Assembly (NCBI GenBank): GCA_000002445.1
Contig: CH464491.1
Span: 2,080,001-2,144,000, forward strand
Length of the DNA stretch: 64,000 bases
DNA from: Trypanosoma brucei
Taxonomy: Eukaryota
Reading direction: 5' to 3'
Below, piece by piece: positions 21,043 through 33,373 of this stretch. Below the pieces are notes generated by a model. It was given only the letters and a program-made list of their open reading frames with translations, was not told the origin of the DNA and did no database searches. Position numbers and translations under genes: made by a program. Every line of letters begins with the position of its first letter. Within the stretch, counting starts at the first letter, position 1.

Positions 21043-21870
21043 TACTTCCTGTATAACTATTTCTTTCCATTTAAAACAAATACAAATAGGCGCACACACC
21101 CAGCACAAACTTTTCTTCTTGGCTAACCAGAGGCAAAAAATTATCAAATTTTGTTGTTTTTTTTCCCGAACCTCCTCAAATATAAATTTCAGAGAAATGG
21201 TTGCCGTATGCAGAGCAGGCACCTTAATTTTCCTTTTTTTTTTAATTTCCCACCTCCTTTCCGCAAGACGAAGAACTGGTATACGTACCTTAGACATCTC
21301 TTAGGATCACTTCGTCTGAAGGGCACGAACAAAACTAGGAAAAGTAGAGTTAGAAAAAAAAGATGGCCAGTTAAATTTTCTTTGAACCACCGGTGTGCCC
21401 TTCGTTATTCTTCCTCCGTGTTCCAGCACTCTGTGGTTTGATTACAGAGGTCAGAGAACAGGTATGCCGCACATTTTATTAACCAATCTTTCAGTTCAGT
21501 CGTCTCCCATTCAATTTTTCTCTACCAATCTCACCCTATTACCCACTTCAATTGCTTACCTTTTACCTTCATATCCCCATGACACCGGTGATGCCTTTGT
21601 ATTGTTTGCTGCTTTCGCAGAAAGTAGATTAAACATCTATTTGACACACGAAGAAAATAGCACGTGCTTCAACTAAAGTCAGTAAGTTGAGAATAAACAG
21701 CAGCCACAATTACAAGCAACTCCATTTCTTCCCACCATTCATCGACCAGTATCGCACACCAAGCGCTTCCAACCACTCTTCTTGAACAACTGCAGGCCAA
21801 CCATTCTACCATATCCACTCTGCACTTCAATAAGTATACAAAGCAAAAAAAAATAATAATAATAACCACT

Positions 21871-24207
21871 CACACACCTGCCAGTACACTTACAGATCGT
21901 CCATGGGTTGTGGCTTGTCGCCTCCGCCGGCGGATTGGTAAGTCTTCTGGATGATGGGGTTGGTCACGCTCTGCAGAGTTTCCAGGGCAGTTTTGTACTC
22001 CTCCTTTTCGGCGTTCGGATTTTCGTCAAGGAAGCGGATCGCCTCCGCAACAGCGGTCTCCACTGCAGCCTTGTCATTGGGGTCAAGTTTCCCACCAAGC
22101 TTATCCTTATCGTTCACTTGGTTGCGTAGGGAATACGCAACGCTCTCCAGCGAGTTACGCGCATCCACACGCTCGCGCACCTTGCGGTCCTCGTCCTCGA
22201 ACTCTGCCGCTTCGCGCACCATACGCTCAATCTCCTCCTCGCTCAGGCGACCCTTGTCGTTGGTGATGGTGATCTCTTCCTTCTTTCCAGACGACTTGTC
22301 CATAGCGCTCACCTGCAGGATGCTGTTCTCGTCGACGTCAAATGTCACTTCGATTTGTGGCACACCACGCGCGGCAGGAGGAATTCCCGACAACTCGAAT
22401 TTGCCCAGGAGGCGGTTATCCTTTGTCAGCTGGCGCTCACCCTCATACACTTGGATAAGCACACCCGGCTGGTTGTCCGCATGGGTAGAAAAGACCTGAC
22501 TCTTCTTGGTGGGGATCTGTGTGTTACGCTCGATGAGTTTTGTCATGACACCACCTACAGTTTCAATACCAAGCGACAGTGGGATCACATCTACAAGCAC
22601 AACGCGCCCGCCAACCTCGCTTTCACCGGTTAGCACCGCAGCTTGCACAGCGGCACCATATGCTACGGCTTCATCGGGGTTAATACCACGGTTCAGTTCC
22701 TTCCCACCGAAGAAGTCACTGATCAGTTGTTGTACCTTCGGCACACGTGTGGATCCACCAACGAGCACAATCTCGTGGATGTCACTCTTCTTCAGCTTCG
22801 CATCCTCCAGCACACGTTGCACGGGCACGAGTGTCCCCTTGAAGAGGTCCATGTTCAGCTCCTCAAACTTCGCACGTGTGATTTTCTCGCTGAAATCGAA
22901 GCCCTCCGTAAGGCTGTCCACCTCCACACGCGCCTCGGGATGAGACGACAGCTGTCGCTTCGCAGCCTCACATGCCTTGCGAAGACGTGCCAGTGCCTTT
23001 TGGTCCTTACTGATGTCAACATTCTTTTTCTTCTTCAGCATGTCCACAAAGTGTCGCATCATGTTGTTATCAAAGTCCTCACCACCAAGGTGCGTATCAC
23101 CGTTTGTCGCCACAACTTCGAAGAAGCCCTCATCGATTGTCAGCAGTGACACATCAAAGGTACCACCACCAAGATCGAACACCAGGATATTCTTCTCACC
23201 GGCTTTGTTTAGCCCATATGCGATGGCGGCTGCGGTGGGCTCATTGATGATGCGCACTACGTTCAAACCGGCGATGGTCCCAGCATCCTTTGTCGACTGC
23301 CGTTGTGCGTCATTGAAGTACGCAGGTACCGTTACAACAGCGTTTTTCACTTTCTCGCCAAGGTACGTTTCTGCAATTTCCTTCATCTTCTGCAGCACCA
23401 TGGCACTGATCTCTTCTGGTGTGAACTGTTTCTTTTTCCCACCCACCATCACTTGTACCTTCGGCTTCCCGTCGCGGTCCGCAATGACCTCATACGACAG
23501 CAGTTTCTTGTCAGCCTGCACTGCCGCATCCGTGTACTTGCGGCCAATCAGCCTCTTGATGGTGTAGATTGTATTATGCGGATTCTGTGGAAGCTGATTC
23601 TTCGCACCGTCACCGATCAGCCGCTCTGTGTCGGTAAAGGCGACGACGGAAGGTGTGATGCGGTTACCCATCTCGTTCGGGATGATATGCACATCACCCT
23701 TCTGCCACACACCCACAACGGAGTATGTTGTGCCGAGGTCGATGCCCACGCATGGTGCTTCCACCTTGCCGCCACTTTCGGGTGCTGCTGAGACGGCTGC
23801 AACCGTCACAGTCAGGAACACCGCTGCAGTGGTCAGCCACATCCTCGACATCGGGAGGGGGATTATCTTGAACTTAATATTAGTGTTAGGTAAGTAGGTT
23901 TGTGTGTTTTAGTATGCTTAGCTTATCTTTCCAAAACAACGCGAAACGTGAAAATATGTGGAGAGGAGGTGTGGTGGGGCGATGAAAAGGGACAAATAGG
24001 GAAAAGGAAATGGTAAAACGCAGATGGCACACGGAAAGGGCAAGGCGGAAGAAGGGGTCGCCTCCAGTGCTGCCATGGGGCTCCTGCAAGTAGAGGTTAT
24101 GTGCTCTCTAGATAAAAATGCGCGTGAAGTCTGCCGCTACGGGGCAATACGCACCACAGAATTTACATAATTAAAACGAGGGATGTAAGTCCTTCCTGTA
24201 TACCCAA
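21871..24207. repeat. BiP segmental duplication block 2
   Basis: See block 1. All overlapping six-frame ORFs are identical between the blocks. Confidence 0.9.
21890..23851 (-). CDS. BiP: BiP/GRP78 copy 2 (identical protein to copy 1)
   Basis: All six-frame ORFs across 21890-23851 are identical to those across 13600-15561, so the sequences are nucleotide-identical over the whole CDS. C-terminal MDDL. Confidence 0.95.
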   Translation of the reverse strand: MSRMWLTTAAVFLTVTVAAVSAAPESGGKVEAPCVGIDLGTTYSVVGVWQKGDVHIIPNEMGNRITPSVVAFTDTERLIGDGAKNQLPQNPHNTIYTIKRLIGRKYTDAAVQADKKLLSYEVIADRDGKPKVQVMVGGKKKQFTPEEISAMVLQKMKEIAETYLGEKVKNAVVTVPAYFNDAQRQSTKDAGTIAGLNVVRIINEPTAAAIAYGLNKAGEKNILVFDLGGGTFDVSLLTIDEGFFEVVATNGDTHLGGEDFDNNMMRHFVDMLKKKKNVDISKDQKALARLRKACEAAKRQLSSHPEARVEVDSLTEGFDFSEKITRAKFEELNMDLFKGTLVPVQRVLEDAKLKKSDIHEIVLVGGSTRVPKVQQLISDFFGGKELNRGINPDEAVAYGAAVQAAVLTGESEVGGRVVLVDVIPLSLGIETVGGVMTKLIERNTQIPTKKSQVFSTHADNQPGVLIQVYEGERQLTKDNRLLGKFELSGIPPAARGVPQIEVTFDVDENSILQVSAMDKSSGKKEEITITNDKGRLSEEEIERMVREAAEFEDEDRKVRERVDARNSLESVAYSLRNQVNDKDKLGGKLDPNDKAAVETAVAEAIRFLDENPNAEKEEYKTALETLQSVTNPIIQKTYQSAGGGDKPQPMDDL

Positions 24208-24838
24208 CAACACCGTTTACCTGCATTGATATTTTTTGTTTGGCCTCCCTTTCGGTAAGTCACTAGTAAATTGCTGTTGCGCAATAAATAACTATGCGTG
24301 AAACTCGTGCCGTGTACACGGTTACTGTGTTTCTTCTGAAACGGTCTTAGTAAGCCTGCTGCCATCGTAAACACAGTAACATCTTCCTGCTGTCATGTAT
24401 AAAAAGTGGAGGAACTGTTAGGTTTGAAAGCGCACTTCATTTATCTTTGCGAATCGCATGCTCATCTGTGGTATTGTTACGTCGATTCTATATTATCAGG
24501 CGTCAGCGCATATTTCCACGACAGGGCGTATTGCTACTGCTGCAATAGCCTCTCCAGTTTGGCGAAGCCATATATTTGTGAAAGGAAAGAATAACTACCT
24601 GATGTTTTGAAGATGAATGAGTTTTGGGATTTCCCCCCCCTTTGCAATGTGCATATACAAAAAAAAAGGCACGTACAAGTTTTATTTATGTTCAGTAGGT
24701 GGTGGGCGCTGTCCGAATAAGCTCATGGGTGTGTTCGGTTCTTGTTATGAAACATATACTACACAACTAGAGGGAAACATAATCCCCTCTCGTCCTTTAA
24801 CCTCTTTGCTCTCGCCTCTGCTAATGTTTGCTATCGTT

Positions 24839-25933
24839 TCAGTTGGGGGGACGGAGGAAACGCATGATGGGGTCGAAAGGAATATTCTCAACCCGACATT
24901 TTGCCGCGTTTCGGGCGCTGCTAAGTATCTCCTCCTGTGTAAAACACTCAAATTCACTTCCGTCTACGCTGTCAAGGTTAAGTAAGAAGAAAGACACATT
25001 GTTCGGAAATAAATGCTCCTCCCTCGCCGTTAAATCGCGGTGTTGGATGGTATGCTCTGTTCCAATGATCAGCGCTCGGAATGAGCGGCCTGTCAATGTG
25101 GAAACAAGATGATCCTTAACGAAGGTATTCAATGCGAAAGAGAGGGCGCTAATGAGCGACTTTGCGTTCCGTTCGCTTGTATCACTCTCATGTAGACGTA
25201 ATGTTGCGGCTACCTGCACGTCACAGGCAACCTCTGCCGCCACACAGAAACCACCAACGATGGCACAGTGAATGCACAACTTGGCCCGCGGAACATAATC
25301 GTTAAAAAATAAGCATGGTGTTCGGTCAACCGCGGCAGCCAACATGGGATGGTCATTCATAAGATGCAGGACGTCCCACCCATAAGTGCAAGGAACACCA
25401 ATGTATGAAAGCGCCCCAAGGGATGACTTGGAGTTCCGCTCCCCCTCGGGAACGTGGAAAGCTGACGATACAAAAGTGGGTGACAGTTTCGAAAGTGGTA
25501 GATGCAGCGGTACCGTCTGAACGAGGAAACGCGGCAGCTCCAATGCATCCACCGCCTTCACCATCTCTGCACGTCCACCAGACGAAAGGCCTCGTGGACA
25601 CGGGGTAATGGCCATGAAGGGTGTCTTGCTAACCAAAGCTTCGGTATGGTACCAATCCTGTAATATGTCCTTCCCAACACCCTGCTCAGCGCGACGCGAC
25701 ATCCAATCGTTAAATGCTCCATCCTCCCGTGAAGCAGCTTCAGCTGATTGCACACGCTGCGTTAAACTGTCTGATTCATCTTGCTGTTGCTTCTCCGTCG
25801 CGAAAAAACGGTGCATCTCCTCGTTCCACATATTTTGACGACTCTGCAGGAGTGTTACGGTGTCAAGAATTTCTCGTGCAAGCTTCACCGGCGCGGGGTA
25901 ACGCCCGTTCCCCTTCCCTTCCTCTCCGTTCAT
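24839..25933 (-). CDS. hypothetical protein
   Basis: The track start at 25963 is a GTG; the first ATG is at 25931-25933 (MNGEEGKG...). 364 aa. Same strand as the cluster. No motif recognised. Confidence 0.45.
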   Translation of the reverse strand: MNGEEGKGNGRYPAPVKLAREILDTVTLLQSRQNMWNEEMHRFFATEKQQQDESDSLTQRVQSAEAASREDGAFNDWMSRRAEQGVGKDILQDWYHTEALVSKTPFMAITPCPRGLSSGGRAEMVKAVDALELPRFLVQTVPLHLPLSKLSPTFVSSAFHVPEGERNSKSSLGALSYIGVPCTYGWDVLHLMNDHPMLAAAVDRTPCLFFNDYVPRAKLCIHCAIVGGFCVAAEVACDVQVAATLRLHESDTSERNAKSLISALSFALNTFVKDHLVSTLTGRSFRALIIGTEHTIQHRDLTAREEHLFPNNVSFFLLNLDSVDGSEFECFTQEEILSSARNAAKCRVENIPFDPIMRFLRPPN

Positions 25934-26953
25934 GAGAATAATCAGCACAATCGCACCGCCCACCCCCTTAGCTTTATTGACCTCTTACCGTTTGCGGTGG
26001 AGGCAAATAGATACAGAGAGAAAGGGGAAAATATTGATAATTGTAATGCGGCTGTTCCTCACCCCTTCCTCTGTGCTAATAAAATAAAATAAATGCGCAC
26101 CACAACTCGTTACACCTACGGATGACTGCCGTTTAGCGCCTAAACTCTTTTGATCCCTCTTCGTTTTTCAGTTTTCACTCTCATCAGCCGCTTTCACAAG
26201 GCGATCATTATAGGGGGGAAAATACGGTGTCAGGGCTCCGCACGTCAAATCAATAGAACCCATCTGCAATCTTTCACTTGCACAGAAATAACCAGCTAAC
26301 GCAGTTTAAATTTGTTACACACATGTAATCAGCAGCTCAACGTTTTACTATTTTTTTTTTTAGTAAGGGAAAAATTGAGGAAAGGAATGCAGAACTGAAT
26401 TCGAAGAAAAAATTAATTTGCGGACGTCCGTGTGTGAGCGCTGAGCCACAGCGACCAACAAAGAAAAAAAATTGTGAAAAAAAAAGGTACACGAGAGCGC
26501 ATGAACTATGAGCTCTTAGTGTATGCAAAAAAAAAACAACTGTCAGCGTGCGATAATCTTGATGGCAAAACCAAGAAAAAAATCAAGAATATAGTGGTGA
26601 TAGAGTGAAGTAAAGACACAACAAGCTTGACGCGTGAGTGGGGTACCAGACATTAAAGAAGCTTCGAATGCTGCACCCCACGCCGAGTTAATCCGACCAA
26701 CGCAACTGATTTGAAAGAGGGCACAGACACCCACGTTATCAGTATCAGTGAGACGTGAGAAGAGGGGCGTTGCAACGCAAACACTGTCACCTGACGTGCC
26801 ATCTAATACCATATGTTGTTATTCTCAGCATCGTACTTGTAAAAACCACAGGGATACAACCACGCCTGCATGGATGATACCCATCCAGTTCGTCCCTGTT
26901 AGACGCTGCGGGTTTGCACCGCGTCTGCGCAGCGAACGCGACGGCACTATGAT

Positions 26954-29137
26954 TTAAACAAGGTTAAACATGGATCTGAGCGCTCCCTTGTTCACCTTAC
27001 CTGTTGTGTTCCGCGGCACCTCCGGCACAATGATGTACCGCGCAGGGCATTTGTAATATGCGAGGACCTCGTGAACCACGGCAGACAGTTCCTGTGTCAA
27101 CTCCGGTGATTCATAATGGTTAAAATTGTCGGGTACATTCCACTTCCTCAGCGCCGCAGCCTGTAATGAGGCGATAGCCACCACACTTTGACCTTTAACC
27201 TCGTCCTTGCATCCCACAACTGCAACCTCGTAAAAAATATCCCGGAAGGTAAGCAGCGCAGCTTCAATCTCCAACGCAGACAGCTTGAATCCAGACGACT
27301 TGATTATATCAACACTCGTCCGACCAAGAATGGTGTAAACTACACTGTCACAGTCACTGTTAAACATCTTCACTCCCACAGTATCACCCGTATCAAAGAA
27401 GCGTTGACCACTGCTGTTGACAACCAACTCCTTCTTGGTCGCTGCTGGATTATCCCAATAGCGGTCAAACACGGACTTGGAGGAAACACCAAGGCGACCA
27501 ACGGTGTCATACTCCGCCGGTTTTCCCTTCCCATCCGCCTTTTCACCACCTTCATCTGTCACGGTTTCCTCTGGGTTGTTGAATACATACGTTTGCACAG
27601 TTGGAAGGGCCTGCCCCACTGTTCCAGGAACCCTTCTCGTTACGGGTCGGAGGGGCTGACCAAGCGCCATCCCGATTTCAGTCATTCCATAACGCTCCAG
27701 TAGAATGTGGCCGGTTAGCTCATGGAAGGCGTGAAGGGTCGGTGTGGGGAGAGCGGCGCTACCGCTCACAATCAATCGGACACTTTGAGAGACCGCTGTT
27801 TTAAACCCCCGTTTTTCAATAGGTGACATTTTTTCGTTAATAGCAGCAATTAATTTCGTGTAGAGCGTGGGCACGCCCATCAATAGAGTGATATCACCCC
27901 GCTCAAGGCGGCGTGCGATGCGAATTGGGTCGTCAAACTTCGTAATCACACATCGGGCACCCGACGCCAGGGAGCAAAGAAGGATATTAACAAGCCCATG
28001 TATATGATGCATGGGCAACATATGGAGGACAGTGTCGTCGGAGGACCATTGCCACACATCCTGGAGGACATTTACCATATTTCGCACGGTCCCGTGGGTG
28101 TGGACGACACCCTTCGGTTTGGCTGTTGTGCCTGATGTATACAACATTAGGCAATCATCATTCCACCCTGGACGTGACCGTGGGTCCTCCACCCAGCGGC
28201 GGTGCACCGGATTGAGAGAGTGAAGATTTTCTGTATCGTAATACATTTCACCAGCGTCACCATCAGCTGCATGTGTGACGGCGTTATTTTCTTTGAACTG
28301 TTCACTCATCATGCTTTGACGGCGTGCTTCACAACGCTTGGCGTCGGCAGCCTTTTCAAGTTCCAGTCGATCGATAACATCGTGTGCATCATTAATTTTC
28401 CTCGATTCAGCCTTCGCGGGGATGTGTTCTGGTTGAAGCAGGGTTCCCGTCTCCTCTTCCTTTTCACGTTGGGCTTCGACAGAATCAAGAAGTGAGTCGA
28501 GGTCAAACATCGTTTCTACGTGGTGTGTTGACGAGGTTGCACTTCTGCATGTGGGCCACCTTCCGCATTCCAGTTCCCGCACCAAAAGATTTTTATAATC
28601 CGCCGGAAACTTATCTTCAAACGCCCAGGTGTCCCCCAACACTGCCCTGCTCTTACTATGCCCAAGAATGTACGACAACTCGCCCGCATACTTCTGCGAA
28701 GCGGACATGGGAACAGCCATCTGGTTGAGTGACCACGCGGCCAACAGGGACACAACGAAAGCGTAACCAGCATTTCCTGTTATCGCCAAATTATATGTTC
28801 CATCATCCTTAAGAAAATCACAACTCAGAACCCCTCCCTCTTCATTACTGTAAACACTCCTCACATTGTCTGGCCTTGGTGGCTGCAGCCAACAGAGCGA
28901 CGGCATTCGCTGGATTTTCGCTAAAAGCTCCCGTCGTTGCACGATGACATTCGCCACTGCAAGAACATCTTTTCGTAAGCGTCCAAACGAGTAACACATC
29001 GGCTCAGCACCGGCTACCTCGACTACTAGAGCATCTTTTCGCGCCGGCGCGGAAAAAACGCTTTCTAAAACGGTGTTGTAGCTGAAGAGTGTGGAAAAGG
29101 GAATTTTGTCTAACCGGCGCCCGACAAGAGTAAACAT
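26954..29137 (-). CDS. acyl-CoA synthetase / AMP-binding (adenylate-forming) enzyme
   Basis: ATG verified at 29135-29137. AMP-binding signature LMLYTSGTTAKPKGVVHTHG (P-loop-like box I); box II ERYGMTE; GDTV...G...I.GR-like hinge. 727 aa, consistent with trypanosomatid long-chain fatty acyl-CoA synthetases. Confidence 0.8.
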   Translation of the reverse strand: MFTLVGRRLDKIPFSTLFSYNTVLESVFSAPARKDALVVEVAGAEPMCYSFGRLRKDVLAVANVIVQRRELLAKIQRMPSLCWLQPPRPDNVRSVYSNEEGGVLSCDFLKDDGTYNLAITGNAGYAFVVSLLAAWSLNQMAVPMSASQKYAGELSYILGHSKSRAVLGDTWAFEDKFPADYKNLLVRELECGRWPTCRSATSSTHHVETMFDLDSLLDSVEAQREKEEETGTLLQPEHIPAKAESRKINDAHDVIDRLELEKAADAKRCEARRQSMMSEQFKENNAVTHAADGDAGEMYYDTENLHSLNPVHRRWVEDPRSRPGWNDDCLMLYTSGTTAKPKGVVHTHGTVRNMVNVLQDVWQWSSDDTVLHMLPMHHIHGLVNILLCSLASGARCVITKFDDPIRIARRLERGDITLLMGVPTLYTKLIAAINEKMSPIEKRGFKTAVSQSVRLIVSGSAALPTPTLHAFHELTGHILLERYGMTEIGMALGQPLRPVTRRVPGTVGQALPTVQTYVFNNPEETVTDEGGEKADGKGKPAEYDTVGRLGVSSKSVFDRYWDNPAATKKELVVNSSGQRFFDTGDTVGVKMFNSDCDSVVYTILGRTSVDIIKSSGFKLSALEIEAALLTFRDIFYEVAVVGCKDEVKGQSVVAIASLQAAALRKWNVPDNFNHYESPELTQELSAVVHEVLAYYKCPARYIIVPEVPRNTTGKVNKGALRSMFNLV

Positions 29138-30266
29138 CTTCGGCAGTTTGGTTGTTTTCCTCCCCTTTCTTTGGAGCTCTGCAGAAGTGTGTTCCTGCCT
29201 TCCGCTTTATTTAAGAGGACAGCCGTTTCCGCCCTGATGCACAAATATATATATTTATATAAGTATGAGGGACAAGCTTCTCTCGCTTTCCTTCGACTTG
29301 AATGCTCTTCGGGACGATATTTTTTCCCCCTCCTCACTCACACCTCCTTTTCACTTTCTACACGACGCCTAATAATTTATCCCGCTTTGACGTTTGCAGT
29401 AGAAGTTGAAACAGTGGGAGAAACCCTTGCGGAAGTGGATGGAAGTAAGCAACCAAGGGGGCAAACTAAAAACAGAACCTAATGTTGTTAGTTTGAAAAG
29501 CGGATGAACCCCACTTCCCTCTACTTTAATAAGCCGTCGACGCCTCGTTAAATCAATAAAGGTAAAACATACGCACCCAACATCAAAAGAAGATGAATAC
29601 GCCTTCAAGGACAGATAAGGAAACTGTGGTGGAAGCTGCACGATGAACAGAACAAGAAGAATGACATATAAGTTATCCTCATTTTTTTTGTTTTTTAGAT
29701 GGGAGCAATCAAATCAAGTGATTGTTCAACCGCATCTGTGAGAGTGGCACCTTAACGAAGAGAAAGGGAAACATAAGGTATGACGATAAAAGCAGCACAA
29801 CCATTGGTTGGGCTGCATAATCACATTTCACAGCAGTTCATCCATTTGTTCATTCATTGCTTCTAAATGCTTTGTAACAGTTTCATTCTTTTTAAGGCAA
29901 ATCGGCCATGCAAAAAATGAACCAGAAAAAAAAAAATACGCGTGATAATAAAAAAAGAAAGGAATTCTGGAAATACGGAAAGAACCCGATTGCAATCGTT
30001 CTTCACCAATCAAATGCCACTGTATAGATTCATTCAGCCCCCACAGGCACAACTCGCTGGTTAACTGAGGTTAATGTTCGGTCCAGAACTGAAAGCGCAT
30101 GCACCGCCACTTTTTTTTTTGCTTTCGAGATGCGCTGCACGTTTGTACCTGTACATCAAATAACCGACTTCCGCAAGTTCACAGTGCGTTTTTAGCCTTT
30201 ATAGCGTTATTATGACTTTTTGTGACTCACTTCCTGCAAGAACTCTGCATTGAGCTTTCATGCGCA

Positions 30267-30268
<2 letters not shown>

Positions 30269-30309
<41 letters not shown>
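30269..30309. repeat. (TA)20 microsatellite
   Basis: Perfect (ta)n run in the intergenic region upstream of ETF-alpha. Confidence 0.9.
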
Positions 30310-30313
<4 letters not shown>

Positions 30314-30422
30314 ATGCATCTTCTCAGCTTTCTTGTGAATATACCTCTCCTACCCACCAACCTTCATAAAGGAATTTCACCATCGCCAACAGATACATTT
30401 TTCAACATTCTTACCCGCATTT

Positions 30423-31397
30423 TCACTTCCTTGACTTCGTAACCAGTTCAGTAAGCTTTGGCACAGCGACAAAAAGATCCTCCACAAGCCCGTAGTCTGC
30501 CACTTGAAAGAAGGGTGCTTCAGCATCGTTGTTAATTACTGCAATAACTTTCGCATCCTTTAAACCAGCAACGTGTTGTATGGCACCCGACACACCGCAG
30601 CCAACGTAAAGGTTCGGCGCCACAGTTTTTCCCGTTTGCCCAATCTGGAGGTCATTGGAGCAATAACCGGCATCCACCGCCGCGCGAGTTGCACCAACGG
30701 CCGCATGGAGTGGCTTTGCTAAATCATGAAGAAGTTTAAAATTCTCGCCACTCTTCAAACCACGCCCCCCCGCGATAACCGTCGCCGCTGTTTGGATATC
30801 TGGCGCGTCATTATTTACTGAGGCATCCTCAAGCCACTTCGAAGTGCCAACCACCGGTGTCACTTCTACCTCCTGCTGCAATGCGTTACCTCCTTCAAGA
30901 GGTGCTCGCTCAAATGAGGTGCTGCGAATCGTAGCGAACTTCACCGGGTCAGTGGACCTTACCGTACTAACAACACCTCCAGCGTACATGTAACGGACGA
31001 AGGTGGACTCATCTTTCACTTCCGACACTTCACTAATGGGCATGACATCACACAGCGCCGCGGCACGAGGGATAATTCCCTTGCCGAAAGCTGAGGTAGC
31101 CGCGAGAACATGCGTGTAACCGCCAAGCTGTACGAGTGATGCCACAAGCGGTGCATATTCCTCAGGCAAACCATGCTCATAGTGGATACCTGAAGCAATG
31201 AACACTTGGGAAACGCCCTTCACCTTTGACAGTTGCGCTGCAGCGGTTGCGGGGGTTTCACCAGCGATAAGTGTGGTTACTTCACCAAGTTGCAAGCCCG
31301 CCGTTACCGCTGCGAGAGTACCTGGAAATATAGAGTTTTGATGGGTCTCCGCCAGCACCAGCACTTTGCCGAAGAATGCAGCGGTGTAACGAAACAT
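30423..31397 (-). CDS. ETFA: electron transfer flavoprotein alpha subunit
   Basis: The track start at 31424 is a GTG; the first ATG is at 31395-31397 (MFRYTAAFFGKVLVLAETH). C-terminal FAD-binding block PNLYVGCGVSGAIQHVAGLKDAKVIAVINNDAEAPFFQVADYGLVEDLF is diagnostic for ETF-alpha. 324 aa. Confidence 0.85.
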   Translation of the reverse strand: MFRYTAAFFGKVLVLAETHQNSIFPGTLAAVTAGLQLGEVTTLIAGETPATAAAQLSKVKGVSQVFIASGIHYEHGLPEEYAPLVASLVQLGGYTHVLAATSAFGKGIIPRAAALCDVMPISEVSEVKDESTFVRYMYAGGVVSTVRSTDPVKFATIRSTSFERAPLEGGNALQQEVEVTPVVGTSKWLEDASVNNDAPDIQTAATVIAGGRGLKSGENFKLLHDLAKPLHAAVGATRAAVDAGYCSNDLQIGQTGKTVAPNLYVGCGVSGAIQHVAGLKDAKVIAVINNDAEAPFFQVADYGLVEDLFVAVPKLTELVTKSRK

Positions 31398-32200
31398 CAG
31401 GGGAAAATGTTGATCTCCAAACACCTTTAAAACGACTCAGAGTGAAATTATACTAAGTTAGCTAACCCTTTGATAATGCCCGACAACCTGATTCCGTCGA
31501 GAAGTGGAGCGCAAATATCTCCAGGACAACCCGCCTTATGATCTTCCCTTTGTAGCACTCCTTAAACAGAACCAACCACAAATAAACTTGTAGCGATCAA
31601 GAGGAGGAGTTTGATTCAACATAGCATGTCCATAAACAATAGTGGCAGGGGGGAAATAATATCCCTAAGGACATGAAAGTGGAAGCAACCACCTGCAGAG
31701 CGTTAATAGGTCTTTGGCTTAATGGGGAACAAGTGCAAGCACAGCAAACAAAAGCATATGTAGTAACCAACAGGCTATACGAAGGGGTAATGAGAAGGGG
31801 ATCCAAGCAAACGCGGTGCCGACATGCACTATTATTTAATTAGTTCTTTTCATCGTGATCGCTGTTTTTTTTTTTAAATCTTCCCTCAGGATGTCCACAC
31901 CTGCTGGTGCACGTTAAAACAAGTCCCAATAACTAATTCCACAACTCTTTTCTTTTCAACCGCTCCCTTGTGTCACTTTTTTCTTTTAGTCTTTCCCCTC
32001 CTCTATCCTTCCCGTTACCGCCCGTAGTCACTGAATTTATGTCACTTCCACAGACACATTCATACGCGTGTTAGCGTATACTAACTCAAACATGCCCTTT
32101 TCATTCGATTTTCTTGCCGTTATTTCGGCTCCTCTTTCTTTCTTTTCCCTCTTTCCTTCCACTCACTTCGCTGTCGCTGTTGCTGTCGTTGTTGTTCATT

Positions 32201-32866
32201 TTATTCAGACAAACGATCTGAGTTTGTGTTGAGGAAAATAGTGCAAAATACTAGGGACAACACAGAAAACGCGAGACTGAATCCGAAAATCATTACAGCT
32301 GGCCCATACTCAAAGCCAAGTGACCTTAACGTCATTTTGTAGCAAAGTGGTGACGAAACAGTGTCTACGGAAGCCTTAACGGCGACTGCAGACGCAACAG
32401 TGCAAAGGGCAAGATTAAATAACATAAAGGTCTTGGGAACGAAAGCGTTGCCGAAGATCATTGTAGTGTTAAAAACAATCGCCAAGAAACATGGTATTGT
32501 AAACCCCAATGCCGAGATGTGAAATACCGTCACATTTGTGACAAACTTCTTGCACAACGTCGTTTCAATATCGTGCGTCAGGCATTCCTCATCTGTGCAC
32601 ACCCAAACATTCTGCCAGTCGATAAACACCTCATAATTGTCCTTCTCAAGTTTCCCTGTTGAGCTGTTGCTCCCTGCGAGCACGAGGCAAAGAGCCGCAA
32701 CCAACAAAATCTCCAGTACGATATTTTGAATGCGGTACCGTTTGACTTTCACTGGGCCATATGGCGCACTGGTGTGCCGTTCAAAGGCTAAATCATCGTT
32801 GGGGTCCGTTGTGGTTGTTTGTCCCCGTTCCACTCGCTTGCTAGCAACCTCACAGTTTTGAAGCAT
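32201..32866 (-). CDS. hypothetical four-TM membrane protein with a Cys-containing extracellular loop
   Basis: ATG verified at 32864-32866. Four hydrophobic helices (IVLEILLVAALCLVLAG, ISALGFTIPCFLAIVF, FMLFNLALCTVASAVAV, AVMIFGFSLAFSVLSLVFCTIF). Tetraspan topology; the amastin signature was looked for and is absent. Confidence 0.5.
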   Translation of the reverse strand: MLQNCEVASKRVERGQTTTTDPNDDLAFERHTSAPYGPVKVKRYRIQNIVLEILLVAALCLVLAGSNSSTGKLEKDNYEVFIDWQNVWVCTDEECLTHDIETTLCKKFVTNVTVFHISALGFTIPCFLAIVFNTTMIFGNAFVPKTFMLFNLALCTVASAVAVKASVDTVSSPLCYKMTLRSLGFEYGPAVMIFGFSLAFSVLSLVFCTIFLNTNSDRLSE

Positions 32867-33339
32867 ACCAACTGCTAACTTGTGCCTGCTAATGATTTCA
32901 GAGATGAGGCAAACGCTACCGAGTTGTTGTTTTTTTTTTTTGCCCTATTCCCTTTTTTCCTCTCTTCACCTTTTCTTTCCTATTTATTTTTTTCCACAAG
33001 GCGAAGTGGCGGGGGTACCACAGGTGCCATTGTATCAATGGTGAATAATGAAAGATGAAGGAACTAGCAGTTTTGTGATCCAGACACGAGGCATATACGG
33101 AACAGCGGCAGTACCGTGACGAAAGTGAAAGGTCGGAAACAAAGGAAAGGAGGTTGGGCACAGAAGTAAAAAAATCAACAAGAAATCAAACAGCAACAGG
33201 AAGAGGAATGGGACAAGAGATAGCCTTACAGAGCACTTGATGCCCACCATCTGCAACTGCCTTGCTTTCGCTTCTCTTTCTTTTCTTTCCTGCCTTGTGT
33301 TTCTTTTTTTGTTGCGTTGCATGACGTCAGCAGGCGGCG

Positions 33340-33342
<3 letters not shown>

Positions 33343-33371
<29 letters not shown>
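33343..33371. repeat. (TA)14 microsatellite
   Basis: tatatatatatatatatatatatatatat. A shorter (ta)8 lies at 33779-33797. Confidence 0.9.
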
Positions 33372-33373
<2 letters not shown>

